NCBI GenBank assembly: GCA_003169735.1
Contig: PNAP01000007.1
Location: 43,738 to 107,737, forward strand
Source of the DNA: Chloroflexota bacterium
GTDB taxonomy: Bacteria > Chloroflexota > Limnocylindria > Limnocylindrales > CSP1-4
Direction: 5' to 3'
Length of the DNA stretch: 64,000 nt
Both the position numbers and the translations under genes were made by a program. Position 1 is the stretch's first letter, and each line of letters begins with the position of its first letter. Below the pieces are notes generated by a model. The model had not been told where the DNA came from, did no database searches, and saw nothing but the letters and a program-made list of their open reading frames with translations. Positions 18,363 to 30,318 of the stretch are shown here, piece after piece.

Positions 18363-18826
18363 CCTACCACCTGACGGTCAACGGCGAGCCGGTCGAGCTG
18401 GCCGTACCCGGCATGCGTCGATTGCTCGATGCGCTGCGCGAGGACCTCGGGCTGACGGGCACAAAGGAGGGCTGCGGCGAGGGCGAGTGCGGCGCGTGCT
18501 CAGTGCTCGTGGACGGCGCCGTCGTCGACAGCTGCCTCGTCCCGGTCTGCCAGGTCGATGGGTCGACGGTTCGGACGGTCGAAAGCCTGGTAGGGCCCGC
18601 AGACGGTCGACTGAGCCCGCTCCAGGAGGCCTTCCTCGACGCCGGCGGCGCCCAGTGCGGCATCTGCACGCCGGGCATGCTGATGGCGGCGCGTGCATTC
18701 CTCGATGGCGGCGGCGAACCGACCGACGAAGCCATCCGCGAGGCCATCGCCGGCAACCTCTGCCGCTGCACGGGCTACACCAAGATCATCGAAGCCATCG
18801 CCCTCGCGGCGAAGCGTGAGCGTTGA
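18359..18826 (+). CDS. xanthine dehydrogenase (2Fe-2S)-binding small subunit
   Basis: 'CGEGECGACSV' plus 'CGICTPG...CRCTGY' are both [2Fe-2S] motifs of CoxS/XdhC-iron-sulfur subunits. Confidence 0.9.
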   Translation: MTYHLTVNGEPVELAVPGMRRLLDALREDLGLTGTKEGCGEGECGACSVLVDGAVVDSCLVPVCQVDGSTVRTVESLVGPADGRLSPLQEAFLDAGGAQCGICTPGMLMAARAFLDGGGEPTDEAIREAIAGNLCRCTGYTKIIEAIALAAKRER

Positions 18827-18884
18827 CAGCATACTGGACGCAGCATACCATTGTGGTACGTATCAACTGGTAGGGCACGCCGAT

Positions 18885-19124
18885 ATGAAAGCTACCGTCG
18901 GAGAGCGAGGTCAGGTGACCATCCCCAAGCCGCTGCGTGACCGTTTGGGCATCAGGCCGGGCGAACGACTCGAATTCACCGAGGAACCCGGCCGACTGGT
19001 GGTGCGAAAGGCCGACATCGAAGCACGGATGCGCAGCGTCTTCGGTACGCTCAAGCTGCCCGGCACGGTCGACGAGGCGATCGAAGAGATGCGTGGTCCA
19101 GTCGTATTGCCGCCGGAACCGTGA
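18885..19124 (+). CDS. vapB: AbrB/MazE/SpoVT-family antitoxin (VapB-like)
   Basis: 'GERGQVTIPKPLRDRLGIRPGERLEF' is a swapped-hairpin AbrB-type fold. 79 aa. Stop overlaps the PIN gene start (GTGA). Confidence 0.75.
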   Translation: MKATVGERGQVTIPKPLRDRLGIRPGERLEFTEEPGRLVVRKADIEARMRSVFGTLKLPGTVDEAIEEMRGPVVLPPEP

Positions 19125-19531
19125 TCACCGCGGTCGATACGAACGTGATCCTGGATGCTTTGACCGGCGAAGCTCCGTTCGCTGGGCCGTCACAGGAGGC
19201 GATGCTGACCTGTGCGGCCGACGGCTCGCTGATCGTCTGTGACGTCGTCTGGGCCGAGACGGTCGCATGGTTCCGGTCAGCGGACAGCATGGAAGCAACG
19301 ATGCAACGACTGGATCTGCGGTTCGTAGCGTCCTCGACTGCCACGGCTGAAGCCGCCGGACTGGCCTGGCGCCTGTACCGATCCGAGGGTGGACCGCGGG
19401 AACGGGTCCTACCCGACTTCCTGGTCGGAGCTCACGCCATGATCCAGGCGGATCGCCTCTTGACCCGCGATCGCGGATTCTTCCGGCGCTATTTTGACAG
19501 CCTCCGGATCGTCGATCTGGCGACCCCGTAG
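19121..19531 (+). CDS. vapC: PIN-domain ribonuclease toxin (VapC-like)
   Basis: 'ITAVDTNVILDAL' N-terminal acidic PIN motif, ~136 aa, GTG start. 4-bp overlap with the antitoxin gene. Confidence 0.75.
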   Translation: MITAVDTNVILDALTGEAPFAGPSQEAMLTCAADGSLIVCDVVWAETVAWFRSADSMEATMQRLDLRFVASSTATAEAAGLAWRLYRSEGGPRERVLPDFLVGAHAMIQADRLLTRDRGFFRRYFDSLRIVDLATP

Positions 19532-19540
19532 GCACCACTG

Positions 19541-20398
19541 ATGCCGGTCGAGCCACCCGTCGTGACGCCGCGGACTCTCGCGGATGCGTACGCGACCCTG
19601 GCCGGCGCGCCGCATCGGCCGATGGCCGGAGGCACGGATCTGATGGTGCAGATCACCGGCGAGATCGGCGAACCGCCAGAGCGCGTTCTGGACCTGTGGC
19701 GCCTGGATGAACTGCGCGGCATCGCTCTGTCCGCGACTGGCGACGAACTCGTCTTCGGCGCGCTGACGACGTACACGGAGATACGTCGCTCGGCGGTCGT
19801 CGCAGCGCGGCTACCGGCCCTGGTCGAGGCGGCCGCGACCATCGGCGCGGCGCAGATCCAGAACCGCGGCACGCTGGGCGGCAACATCGGCAATGCTTCA
19901 CCCGCTGGCGACACGCTGCCCATCCTGCTCGCGACCGACGCGGTCATCGTGCTCGGCAGCACGCGCGGCGAGCGCGGCGTCCCGGCAGCAGCGTTCTGGA
20001 CCGGGTACCGGAAGACGGCGCGAGCCGATGACGAGCTGGTCATCCGCGTCCGCATCCCGGTCCCGGCGCGGCGGGTGGTGCGCTTCCGAAAGGTAGGCAC
20101 GCGGCGAGCGCAGGCCATCTCCAAGGTCGTGTTGGCACTCGCCTATCGCGAAGACGGCGGCGTCTGGCGCGATGTCCGCGTCGCCCTGGGATCGGTCGCG
20201 GAACGCCCCATCCGGGTCCCGGAGACCGAGGCGGTCCTCGAAGGCGCCGCGGCCCGCGAGACGGTCGCCGATCACGCCGCGGCCGTCATCAGCCGCGAGA
20301 TCCACCCCATCGATGACGTCCGCTCCACCGCCGATTACCGCCGCATCGTCACCGCCAGGATCCTGCATCGCCTCCTGCGCGAGGAGGGCGGCTGGTGA
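19541..20398 (+). CDS. xanthine dehydrogenase FAD-binding subunit
   Basis: 'AGGTDLMV' and '[15 protein letters not shown]' are FAD-binding CoxM-type motifs. The gene starts 9 bp after the vapC stop and overlaps malate synthase by 4 bp. Confidence 0.85.
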   Translation: MPVEPPVVTPRTLADAYATLAGAPHRPMAGGTDLMVQITGEIGEPPERVLDLWRLDELRGIALSATGDELVFGALTTYTEIRRSAVVAARLPALVEAAATIGAAQIQNRGTLGGNIGNASPAGDTLPILLATDAVIVLGSTRGERGVPAAAFWTGYRKTARADDELVIRVRIPVPARRVVRFRKVGTRRAQAISKVVLALAYREDGGVWRDVRVALGSVAERPIRVPETEAVLEGAAARETVADHAAAVISREIHPIDDVRSTADYRRIVTARILHRLLREEGGW

Positions 20399-21984
20399 CG
20401 TCGATCCCGGCCGGCGTCGAAGTCGGCGCCAGCGTGCCTACGGACCTCGAGAGCATCCTGTCGGCCGACGCGCTCGCCTTCGTCGCCGACCTCAATCGAA
20501 CGTTCGACCACCAGCGCATCGAGCTGCTGGAACGCCGCAGGGATCGCCAGGCCGAACTGGACGCCGGCGGCAAGCTCGATTTCCCGTTGGCCACCTGGGA
20601 GGTCCGGGAAGCCGCCTGGTCGGTCGCCCCCGCACCCTCCGATCTCGTCGACCGTCGCGTCGAGATCACCGGCCCGGTCGAGCGGAAGATGATGATCAAT
20701 GCGCTCAACAGCGGCGCTCGCGTCTTCATGGCGGATCTCGAGGACGCCCTCAGCCCGACCTGGTCGAACGTGCTCGAAGGCCAGGCCAACCTCCGCGACG
20801 CCGTCCGGCGAGAGCTCGACTTCACGAGCCCGGAGGGCAAGTTCTACGCGCTGGATGCCGAGACCGCCACGCTCGTGGTCCGGCCGCGCGGCTGGCATCT
20901 CGTCGAGCGGCACCTCCTCGTGGAGGGGCATCCAGTGTCCGCCTCGCTGTTCGACGCCGGCCTCTACCTCTTCCACAACGCGCGACAGATCCTGGAGCGC
21001 GACGAGGGCCCGTGCCGCGGCTCCTACTTCTACCTGCCCAAGCTGGAGAGCCGCTGGGAAGCGCGGCTCTGGAACGACGTCTTCATCCATACCCAGGAGC
21101 GACTCGGCATCCCGCGCGGGTCGATCCGCGCCACGGTCCTCATCGAGACCATCCCCGCCGCGTTCGAGATGGACGAGATCCTGCACGAGTTGCGCGAGCA
21201 CGCCGCGGGCCTGAACGCCGGTCGCTGGGACTACACCTTCAGCCTCATCAAGCGGTTCCAGGGCCGAGCGGACATGGTCCTGCCCGATCGCGCCCAGGTG
21301 ACCATGGCGGTGCCCTTCATGCGTGCCTACACGCAGCTCCTGGTCAAGACCTGCCATCGACGCGGCGCCCACGCCATCGGCGGCATGAGTGCCTTCATCC
21401 CCAACCGACGGAAGCCCGAGGTGACGGAGAACGCCCTGGCCAAGGTCCGAGAGGACAAGGAGCGCGAGGCGGGCGACGGATTCGATGGGACCTGGGTGGC
21501 CCACCCGGACCTGGTGCCGGTTGCGAAGGAGGTCTTCGACCGAGTCCTTGGCGACCGACCGAACCAGAAGGATCGACTGCGCCAGGACGTCCGAACGACG
21601 GCGGCCGAGCTCCTTGCGGTGGGCGTCCCGGGCGGGCGCGTGACCGAGGCCGGCGTGCGCACCAACATCTCGGTGGCGCTCCAGTACATCGATTCGTGGC
21701 TCGGCGGGAACGGCGCGGCCGCCATCAACGACCTGATGGAGGATGCCGCGACTGCGGAGATCAGCCGCACACAGCTGTGGCAATGGTTGCGCCACAAGGT
21801 CGCGCTGGACGACGGCGGGCGCATGACCGAGGAGTTGTACCGGGCGATCCGGGACGACGAGCTGGAGACGCTCGGCGCCGGGAACGGACATCTGGCCGCG
21901 GCCGCCGAGGTGCTCGATTCACTCGTCCTCGACGCGGAGTTCCATGAGTTCCTGACCTTGCTGGCGTACGGCCGCCTCGACTGA
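20395..21984 (+). CDS. aceB: malate synthase A
   Basis: 529 aa with malate synthase A signature regions ('[22 protein letters not shown]', 'GLNAGRWDY', 'HAIGGM'). Confidence 0.9.
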   Translation: MTSIPAGVEVGASVPTDLESILSADALAFVADLNRTFDHQRIELLERRRDRQAELDAGGKLDFPLATWEVREAAWSVAPAPSDLVDRRVEITGPVERKMMINALNSGARVFMADLEDALSPTWSNVLEGQANLRDAVRRELDFTSPEGKFYALDAETATLVVRPRGWHLVERHLLVEGHPVSASLFDAGLYLFHNARQILERDEGPCRGSYFYLPKLESRWEARLWNDVFIHTQERLGIPRGSIRATVLIETIPAAFEMDEILHELREHAAGLNAGRWDYTFSLIKRFQGRADMVLPDRAQVTMAVPFMRAYTQLLVKTCHRRGAHAIGGMSAFIPNRRKPEVTENALAKVREDKEREAGDGFDGTWVAHPDLVPVAKEVFDRVLGDRPNQKDRLRQDVRTTAAELLAVGVPGGRVTEAGVRTNISVALQYIDSWLGGNGAAAINDLMEDAATAEISRTQLWQWLRHKVALDDGGRMTEELYRAIRDDELETLGAGNGHLAAAAEVLDSLVLDAEFHEFLTLLAYGRLD

Positions 21985-21995
21985 TCCGGGCGATC

Positions 21996-22421
21996 CTAGC
22001 GAGGATCAGCGAACGGGTTCTTGACCGTGACTGAACCGTACGTTGCGCCGTCCGCGAGGTCTTCGCTGAGGACGTGGGAACAACCCGCGACTTCGGCGGC
22101 GCGAAGGATCAAGGCATCCCAGATCGAGATCTGCCAATCTCGACTGCCGGCGATCGCCGCGGCGACGAGCGAGGCGTCGATGGCGACGACGGGCAGGACC
22201 GAGAGCTGACGAACCATCGCCTCGGCAACGTCGAGCGCCACGGGAACGGTGAGCTTCCGGGTGACCACCGCGTAGAACTCCGTCAGGACCTGTGTCGATA
22301 CGACCAGGTTGCGGCCGGGCAGTGGGGCGACGACCTCTTGGGCTCGGTCACGTTTCGTCTGGTCGGCGGTGTCGACCGCGTATACCCACACGTTCGTGTC
22401 AACGAAGATCAGATCGGTCAT
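21996..22421 (-). CDS. PIN-domain toxin (VapC-like), second TA module
   Basis: 'LIFVDTNVWVYAV' PIN N-terminal motif. Start taken at the internal ATG, overlapping the antitoxin gene. Confidence 0.7.
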   Translation of the reverse strand: MTDLIFVDTNVWVYAVDTADQTKRDRAQEVVAPLPGRNLVVSTQVLTEFYAVVTRKLTVPVALDVAEAMVRQLSVLPVVAIDASLVAAAIAGSRDWQISIWDALILRAAEVAGCSHVLSEDLADGATYGSVTVKNPFADPR

Positions 22422-22644
22422 GCAGTTCGTCTCGCGTCCACGCGCGGCCGCCGGGTCCACTGGTCGCCAGGCTCCGCGCGGCCAGATCCGCGAACGCCAT
22501 CAGGGCCACAGCCGAGTCAGTCACGCCCGCGTAGCGTTCGAGGTACGTTCGAAGCAGAGCGTTGACCGAGGTTCCGTCCTCCAGAGCGCGCATTCGGGCT
22601 TTCTTCAAGAGTCGGTCGTCGAGGGCGATCGTCAGATTGGCCAT
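22399..22644 (-). CDS. ribbon-helix-helix (CopG/Arc-like) antitoxin
   Basis: 'MANLTIALDDRLLKKARMRALEDGTSVNALLRTYLE' is a classic RHH N-terminus. 81 aa. Sits upstream of and overlapping the PIN gene. Confidence 0.65.
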   Translation of the reverse strand: MANLTIALDDRLLKKARMRALEDGTSVNALLRTYLERYAGVTDSAVALMAFADLAARSLATSGPGGRAWTRDELHDRSDLR

Positions 22645-22726
22645 GTCAGAGCTCCCGTGCTACACGGGTTCAGTGTAACACGGGTATCTAATCGCGCCTA
22701 CTCGAGCCGTTTGCGGTGCGAGTCGC

Positions 22727-24118
22727 CTAGCGGCTGACGATGGATCGCTCCTGATAGCGGCCGAAACCGCGGCGCCCGACGAACTCCCCGCTGCGGATCA
22801 CATCCTGGCCGCGCAGCAGGACGTGGCGCACGGCGCCGCGCACGGCCATACCCTCATATGGCGTGTAGTCGCTGGTGTGATGGAGGTCGGCGGCGCGGAT
22901 GATGCGCGCGGCCGAGGGATCGAAAAGAACCAGATCGGCGTCCTTGCCGACCTCGATGACGCCCTTCGACGGCATACCGAAGAGTCGGGCCGGCGTCGTC
23001 GAGAGGACATCGACCATGCGCTCGAGCGTGATGCGGCCCTTGGCGACGCCCTCCGAGTAGACGATCGCGAGGAGCGTCTCGATGCCCGGTGCCCCGTTGC
23101 TGATCTCGGTGAACGGCTGGCCCGTGTAGCGCTTCTCAACGGCCAGCCGGTCCGGCACGTGGTCCGTGGCGACCACATCAAGCGTGCCATCGGCGAGGCC
23201 GGTCCAGAGTGCATCGACGTCGTGGCGCGAGCGGAGCGGCGGCGAGATGACGTAGCGCATCGCCTCATCATCCGTGCCTTCGTAAACGCGCGAATCCAGC
23301 GCCAGGAAGTGCGGGCACGTCTCGGCGAAGACCGCTTCGCCGCGCACTTTCGCGGCGCGGATCGTCGCGACGGCATCGCCGCACGACACGTGGACCGCAT
23401 ACATCGGCGCGCGGGCCCTGGCCGCCAGCGCGATCGCCCGCTCGGTTCCGGATGCCTCGACCTCTGGCGGCCGCGAATCGGCGTGGTGGCGCGGCGCCGT
23501 GCGACGCGCCGCCATCTGGGCGGCGATGCCCCGCTCGAGCATCGCCCGGTCCTCGCAATGGATCTCGAGCAGGGCGCCCAGGCTCGCCGTCCCGGCCAGG
23601 AGTCGGCCCAACGCCGCCTCATCGACCCCGAAGTCAAAGACCATGAACGCCTTGAAGGTCGAGACTCCTTGCTCGACCGCCCAGGCCAGATCGGCCTCGG
23701 GCGACGCCTGCTGCGCCGTGATCACGGCCGACAGCCCGTAATCGATCGCCGAATCGCCGACGGTCCGATCCAGCCACTCGGCCACGCCGTCGCGCAGCCG
23801 CCCTTGGGCCGCGACGGAGATGCCCGTCCCTGGGTTGTTGAACGAGAGGAACGTGGTCGTGCCGCCGTACGCGGCCGCCACGGAGTCCTGGAAGAACCGA
23901 TCGGGCTCCGCGTCGCTGGCGATCCGCGTGTGCGTGTGGACGTCGATGACGCCTGGCAGAACGAGAAGACCCGTGGCGTCGACGACTCGACCGGCCGACT
24001 CGACCGGGATGGCGGCCTCGACCGCGGCGATGCGCGAACCCTGGACGGCCACGTCGGCTTGACGGGATCCGCTCGGCGTGACCACCGTGCCGCCACGGAT
24101 CAGCACATCGAAGCTCAT
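22727..24118 (-). CDS. cyclic amidohydrolase (allantoinase / dihydropyrimidinase / hydantoinase family)
   Basis: 'DVHTHT' metal-binding motif and a dihydroorotase-like TIM-barrel layout. Start at ATG ~24118 ('MSFDVLIRGG'). The context of urate-pathway genes favours allantoinase. Confidence 0.8.
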   Translation of the reverse strand: MSFDVLIRGGTVVTPSGSRQADVAVQGSRIAAVEAAIPVESAGRVVDATGLLVLPGVIDVHTHTRIASDAEPDRFFQDSVAAAYGGTTTFLSFNNPGTGISVAAQGRLRDGVAEWLDRTVGDSAIDYGLSAVITAQQASPEADLAWAVEQGVSTFKAFMVFDFGVDEAALGRLLAGTASLGALLEIHCEDRAMLERGIAAQMAARRTAPRHHADSRPPEVEASGTERAIALAARARAPMYAVHVSCGDAVATIRAAKVRGEAVFAETCPHFLALDSRVYEGTDDEAMRYVISPPLRSRHDVDALWTGLADGTLDVVATDHVPDRLAVEKRYTGQPFTEISNGAPGIETLLAIVYSEGVAKGRITLERMVDVLSTTPARLFGMPSKGVIEVGKDADLVLFDPSAARIIRAADLHHTSDYTPYEGMAVRGAVRHVLLRGQDVIRSGEFVGRRGFGRYQERSIVSR

Positions 24119-24131
24119 CGCGAGCCCCGGT

Positions 24132-24542
24132 TCATCGCTCCTCGATGGTGATGTGCTGCGCACCCTCCCAGAGGGCGCGGCGGCCCATCTCGCGGAGCTG
24201 CTCGCCCCCCTCGAAGATGGTCGCGAAGTGGTTGCCGGCGAGCTGACCGACCTTGGACGAGAAATCGACGGCGCCATACGCGACCAGGATCTCCGCCTCG
24301 GAGATGCCGCCGGGATAGACGATCAGCTCGCCCGGTGCCGGGTGGCTGGTGGGATTCTCGAAGCCGACCCCGAAATCCATGTCGCCGAAGGGGATCCAGC
24401 ATCCCTCGCCGCTCCACCGGCAGTGGATGAGCTTGGCGCGCAACGGCAGCATCTCGCGGACCCGGGCACTCGTGTGGGGCGCTTCGGCCACCCAGCGAGC
24501 GGTAAAGTGGAGGTCGCCGACGGTGATCGCGAGGTCGCCCAT
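24132..24542 (-). CDS. DUF3830-like small protein
   Basis: 'MGDLAITVGDLHFTARW...' is 136 aa from an internal ATG. The long N-terminal extension of the track ORF is low-complexity and is rejected. Confidence 0.5.
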   Translation of the reverse strand: MGDLAITVGDLHFTARWVAEAPHTSARVREMLPLRAKLIHCRWSGEGCWIPFGDMDFGVGFENPTSHPAPGELIVYPGGISEAEILVAYGAVDFSSKVGQLAGNHFATIFEGGEQLREMGRRALWEGAQHITIEER

Positions 24543-24582
24543 GGCCGCAGGATAGCGGCTGGCCAACGGTGTCAGGAGATGG

Positions 24583-24918
24583 ATGAACGACGGACGGCCG
24601 ACCATCTCGACCCACGTGCTCGACACGGCGACGGGTGCACCAGCGGTCGGCATCCCCGTGCGATTGGTGCGCGTGGTCGACGATGGCGCCGAGGTCGATG
24701 CCGGCGCGGGGGTGACCGATGCGGATGGGCGGATCCGCCAGCTCCTGCGCGGCGAGCTGACGGCCGGGGCATATCGGTTGCACTTCGACCTGACCGAGGC
24801 CGGCGGCGGGTTCTTCACTGGCCTGGCGCTCGACCTGCTGGTCCGGGACGCCGACCGCAGCTACCACGTGCCTCTGCTCATCGCGCCGTTCGGATTGACG
24901 ACCTACCGCGGCAGCTGA
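24583..24918 (+). CDS. uraH: 5-hydroxyisourate hydrolase (transthyretin-like)
   Basis: Transthyretin-like fold with 'STHVLDT' and the C-terminal 'YRGS' signature. 111 aa. Confidence 0.9.
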   Translation: MNDGRPTISTHVLDTATGAPAVGIPVRLVRVVDDGAEVDAGAGVTDADGRIRQLLRGELTAGAYRLHFDLTEAGGGFFTGLALDLLVRDADRSYHVPLLIAPFGLTTYRGS

Positions 24919-25388
24919 TGAACGCCGCGGAGTCAGTGGTCGAGGCGATCTTCGAGGGAGCGCCGTGGTTCGTGGCGCGACTGATGGCGGACGGCCCATT
25001 CGAGTCCGACGCGGCGCTGCTCTGGCACGCCGGGGAACTGGCGCGGGCGATGCCCGAGGCTGACCAGGTCGCGCTGCTCGCGGCCCATCCGCGGATCGGT
25101 GCGCCGCCCGCGTCCGTGTCCGCTATGTCGTTCCACGAGCAGGGCTACGACCGACCCATCGACTCGGGCGCCCTGCCGGCGCAGCTCGATCGCCTCAACG
25201 ATGCCTACGAATCGCGCTTCGGCTTCCGGTTCGTCATCTTCGTCAACGGTCGGTCGCGCGCCGAAATCGCGCGCGTCATGGAGCGGGCACTGACGAGCGA
25301 CCGCGCGACCGAGAAGCAGCGCGGGCTGACCGACGTGGTTGCCATCGCCGCGGATCGGCTGCGCACCATCCGGGAGGGTGGCCAGTGA
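24918..25388 (+). CDS. uraD: OHCU (2-oxo-4-hydroxy-4-carboxy-5-ureidoimidazoline) decarboxylase
   Basis: C-terminal 157 aa of track ORF 24078..25388 ('AHPRIGAP...FRFVIFVNGRS'). Its ATG overlaps the uraH stop (TGATG). Confidence 0.8.
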   Translation: MNAAESVVEAIFEGAPWFVARLMADGPFESDAALLWHAGELARAMPEADQVALLAAHPRIGAPPASVSAMSFHEQGYDRPIDSGALPAQLDRLNDAYESRFGFRFVIFVNGRSRAEIARVMERALTSDRATEKQRGLTDVVAIAADRLRTIREGGQ

Positions 25389-26311
25389 AGACCGAGATCC
25401 ACTACGGCAAGGCCGCCGTCTCGACCTATCGCACGTACGCCACGCCGCTGCGCGTGACGCCCATCCCGGAATCGCCGTTCACGGGCCGCGAGAACATCAT
25501 CATGGGTGCCGCGATCGACGTCCGCGTGCTCGGCGAATCGTTCCTCGCCGCCTACACCGGAGGCGATAACCGCCTCGTCGTCGCCACCGACACGATGAAG
25601 AACTTCATCCATCGTGAATCGCTGGCCTTCGACGGGCCGACTTTGGAGGGCTGGCTCTTCTTCATCGGGCGTCGTTTCCTCGAGACCTACCCGCACATGG
25701 AGCGCCTGGAGATGAGCGGGCGCGAGGCGCCGTTCCTCGCCGCGCGCGTGCCGGACGGCGACTCCGGCGGCTGGCGCGACAGCGCCGTCCTGTTCGACCG
25801 TGGGCATGGCGACCACGGCACGGCAGTGGTCGCGCTCGACCGGACCGGCGACGGCGCGATCGTTGCGACCGAGGTCCATTCGGGACGGGCCGACCTGGAG
25901 ATGATCAAAGTCTCTGGCAGCAGCTTCGCGCAGTTCGCGCGCGACGCGTATACGACGCTGCCGGAGCGAACCGATCGGCCGCTCTACGTCCACCTGGATA
26001 TCGGCTGGCGCTACGCCGACCCGATGATCGCGATCACGCCGGATGCCGCGCGCTACGTCGCGTCGGAGCAGGTCGCGGATCTCGCGGCGACCGTCTTCGA
26101 CGGCTTCGTCAGCCTCTCCATCCAGCACCTCGTCCATGAGATCGGCCAGCGCGCGCTGGCTCGATGGCCGCAACTCACCGAGATCTCGTTCGAGGCGCAG
26201 AACCGGCTCTGGGATCTGTCGCACACGTCCGATTCGGACGAGCGGGTCAAGGTCTATACGGACCCGCGGCCGCCGTTCGGGCGTATCGGGCTGGTGCTGC
26301 GCCGCGACTGA
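25385..26311 (+). CDS. factor-independent urate oxidase (uricase)
   Basis: 'VVATDTMKNFIH' uricase signature region and tandem T-fold layout. 4-bp overlap with uraD. Confidence 0.85.
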   Translation: MKTEIHYGKAAVSTYRTYATPLRVTPIPESPFTGRENIIMGAAIDVRVLGESFLAAYTGGDNRLVVATDTMKNFIHRESLAFDGPTLEGWLFFIGRRFLETYPHMERLEMSGREAPFLAARVPDGDSGGWRDSAVLFDRGHGDHGTAVVALDRTGDGAIVATEVHSGRADLEMIKVSGSSFAQFARDAYTTLPERTDRPLYVHLDIGWRYADPMIAITPDAARYVASEQVADLAATVFDGFVSLSIQHLVHEIGQRALARWPQLTEISFEAQNRLWDLSHTSDSDERVKVYTDPRPPFGRIGLVLRRD

Positions 26312-26889
26312 AGATCGGCCGGCGTATCGATGTCGGGGTTGTCCCCTTCGACCGCGACCTCGGCGACAAGTTCGGGGTGCGCGGCGATGAGCGGCCCGAA
26401 GCCGCGGTCGCCACTCAGCGCGGCGGCCAGTGGCCACGCGGCATGGCGCAGTAGTACCGGGTTGCGGCCGCCGTCGCTGGCATAGAGCGGCACGACGATG
26501 GGCCGTTCCGGCTGCGCCCGAGCCTCGGCCAGCAGGGCTCCCATGACCGCGACCGACACCTGCGGCTGGTCGCCGAGGACGATGAGCGCGGCAGCGGCGC
26601 GGCTCCCGGCCAGCGCCTCGAGCCCGACCCGCACCGAGCTGGACAGGCCTCGTCCCGGATCGGGGTTGGTCACGCGGCGCTCGGCTCGCCACGTGACGCC
26701 GGCCTCGATGCGATCCGCCGCATGGCCGAGGACGACGACCGTCTCCGCGGGCGTGAACGCGTCGACCGCATCGAGCACGTGCTGGAGCACGGGACGCCCG
26801 TCCAGATCTGCGAGCAACTTGGGCTCCTCGCCGAACCGCGACCCGGCGCCGGCCGCCAGGATGATCGCCGCGACATCACGGGGCTCCAT
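26254..26889 (-). CDS. MobA-like NTP transferase (likely molybdenum cofactor cytidylyltransferase MocA)
   Basis: 'AIILAAGAGSRFG' NTP-transferase P-loop-like motif, 211 aa. Lies next to XDH-family enzymes that use the cytosine-dinucleotide cofactor. Its 3' end converges on and overlaps the uricase 3' end by ~57 bp. Confidence 0.75.
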   Translation of the reverse strand: MEPRDVAAIILAAGAGSRFGEEPKLLADLDGRPVLQHVLDAVDAFTPAETVVVLGHAADRIEAGVTWRAERRVTNPDPGRGLSSSVRVGLEALAGSRAAAALIVLGDQPQVSVAVMGALLAEARAQPERPIVVPLYASDGGRNPVLLRHAAWPLAAALSGDRGFGPLIAAHPELVAEVAVEGDNPDIDTPADLQSRRSTSPIRPNGGRGSV

Positions 26890-26970
26890 GTCGGCACTGT
26901 ATCGGGACGCTGCGTCGCCCGCCGTATCATTCGGGCGTCACCTGCATCCCGTTCGAGGAGAGCCGAGCCG

Positions 26971-27723
26971 ATGACCCCCAGCCGCATGCCCCGCTACTAC
27001 GTCTCGAACGACGGGATGGGGCCGTACGCGATCTTCTATTGCGATCGGTGCAACCGCGAGTACCGCAGCAACCCGAACATCAGCACGACCGTGACCGAGG
27101 GAGTCAAGCGCGGCGCGTTCGGCGGCTTTTTGCGCAACGTGCCCATCGTCGGCAACGCGGCGGCCAACCAGATCGAGAACGATCGCTACCGCTCGAGCAT
27201 GTCGAACGAGGAGCTGGCAAGCGCCTGGGGCCAGACGCAGCAGTACTTCCGCGAATGCCCGACCTGCCACCAGATCGTGTGCATCCCCGACTTCGATGAG
27301 CCGACCGGCTTCTGCGCCGAGCATTCCCCGAATGCGGCCGCCAACGCCCAGGCGCAGGCCGAGCAGGCCGGGGCGGCGCTGAAGGGCATCGCCAGTGCCT
27401 TTGGCATCGGCGCGGCCGTGCAGGCATCAGCGGCGCGCGCTGCGGCGGCCACGGTCGTCTGTCCGAAGGACGGCACGCACGCTCCGGCCGGTACCGGCTT
27501 CTGCCCGATGTGTGGCACCGCGATGCAGCCAGTCGCCGCGGCCGCCGGCACGCCGGCGCTCCAGCAGTGCGCCAAGTGCGGCGCGGGGATGCTGGCCGGG
27601 GCCAAGTTCTGTCCGAACTGCGGCACGCCGACAGTTCAGCCGGCAGCCTGCACGAAGTGCGGAACGACCATCGCCTCGGGCGTCAAGTTCTGCCCCAACT
27701 GCGGCACCGCCGCCGCCGTGTGA
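26971..27723 (+). CDS. multi-zinc-ribbon protein (N-terminal CxxC...CxxC domain plus three C-terminal 'FCPNCGT' double zinc ribbons)
   Basis: Strong Shine-Dalgarno sequence (GAGGAGAG) 8 nt upstream of ATG 26971. Repeated 'C(A/T)KCG...KFCPNCGT' units. Confidence 0.6.
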   Translation: MTPSRMPRYYVSNDGMGPYAIFYCDRCNREYRSNPNISTTVTEGVKRGAFGGFLRNVPIVGNAAANQIENDRYRSSMSNEELASAWGQTQQYFRECPTCHQIVCIPDFDEPTGFCAEHSPNAAANAQAQAEQAGAALKGIASAFGIGAAVQASAARAAAATVVCPKDGTHAPAGTGFCPMCGTAMQPVAAAAGTPALQQCAKCGAGMLAGAKFCPNCGTPTVQPAACTKCGTTIASGVKFCPNCGTAAAV

Positions 27724-27759
27724 TCGCGGCCGGTCGATCGGCGGCCACCGCGTCGCCAC

Positions 27760-28191
27760 TCACCGCGGAGTGGCGCGCAGCCTCACCGGGATGACCAGCC
27801 GTAACGCCGTGTGCGTCTCCGAGAAGCTGACCACCTTGTTGTCGACCAGCCCCTGATCGATCGCAGCCGCGATCACCTCCGTATCCCGCAGCGTGGCCGC
27901 GCGGCCCTTGCGGGACACGACCCAGATGGCGCCGTTCGGGACGAGGCGAGCCCGCAGATCCGTCAACGCGCCGAGCGCCTCGACCGAATCGGCCGCCAGG
28001 AAGATCAGGTCGGTCGAACCCTTCGGCCAGCCGTCGGTCAGGTCGGTCGTGCGCGTCGCCAGCAGTCGTCGGAACGCTGCATCGTCGAGGTCGACCAGCG
28101 CCACGCGTGCCCCCGGCCGGACGCCGAGCTTGTCCAGCAGCGGACGGGTCGAGACGCGATCGAGCTGGCTCACGGTCGTTGACCCTACCAT
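27760..28191 (-). CDS. DUF3052-like small protein
   Basis: C-terminal 143 aa of track ORF 27760..29145 ('[13 protein letters not shown]...'). The remainder of that ORF is antisense to the thioredoxin-domain gene. Confidence 0.5.
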   Translation of the reverse strand: MVGSTTVSQLDRVSTRPLLDKLGVRPGARVALVDLDDAAFRRLLATRTTDLTDGWPKGSTDLIFLAADSVEALGALTDLRARLVPNGAIWVVSRKGRAATLRDTEVIAAAIDQGLVDNKVVSFSETHTALRLVIPVRLRATPR

Positions 28192-28197
28192 TCCGGC

Positions 28198-30273
<2,076 letters not shown>

Positions 30274-30318
30274 CGGCTTCGTTCCTCCGTCGCCTGAAAG
30301 ACCCGCTACCCTTCGCCG

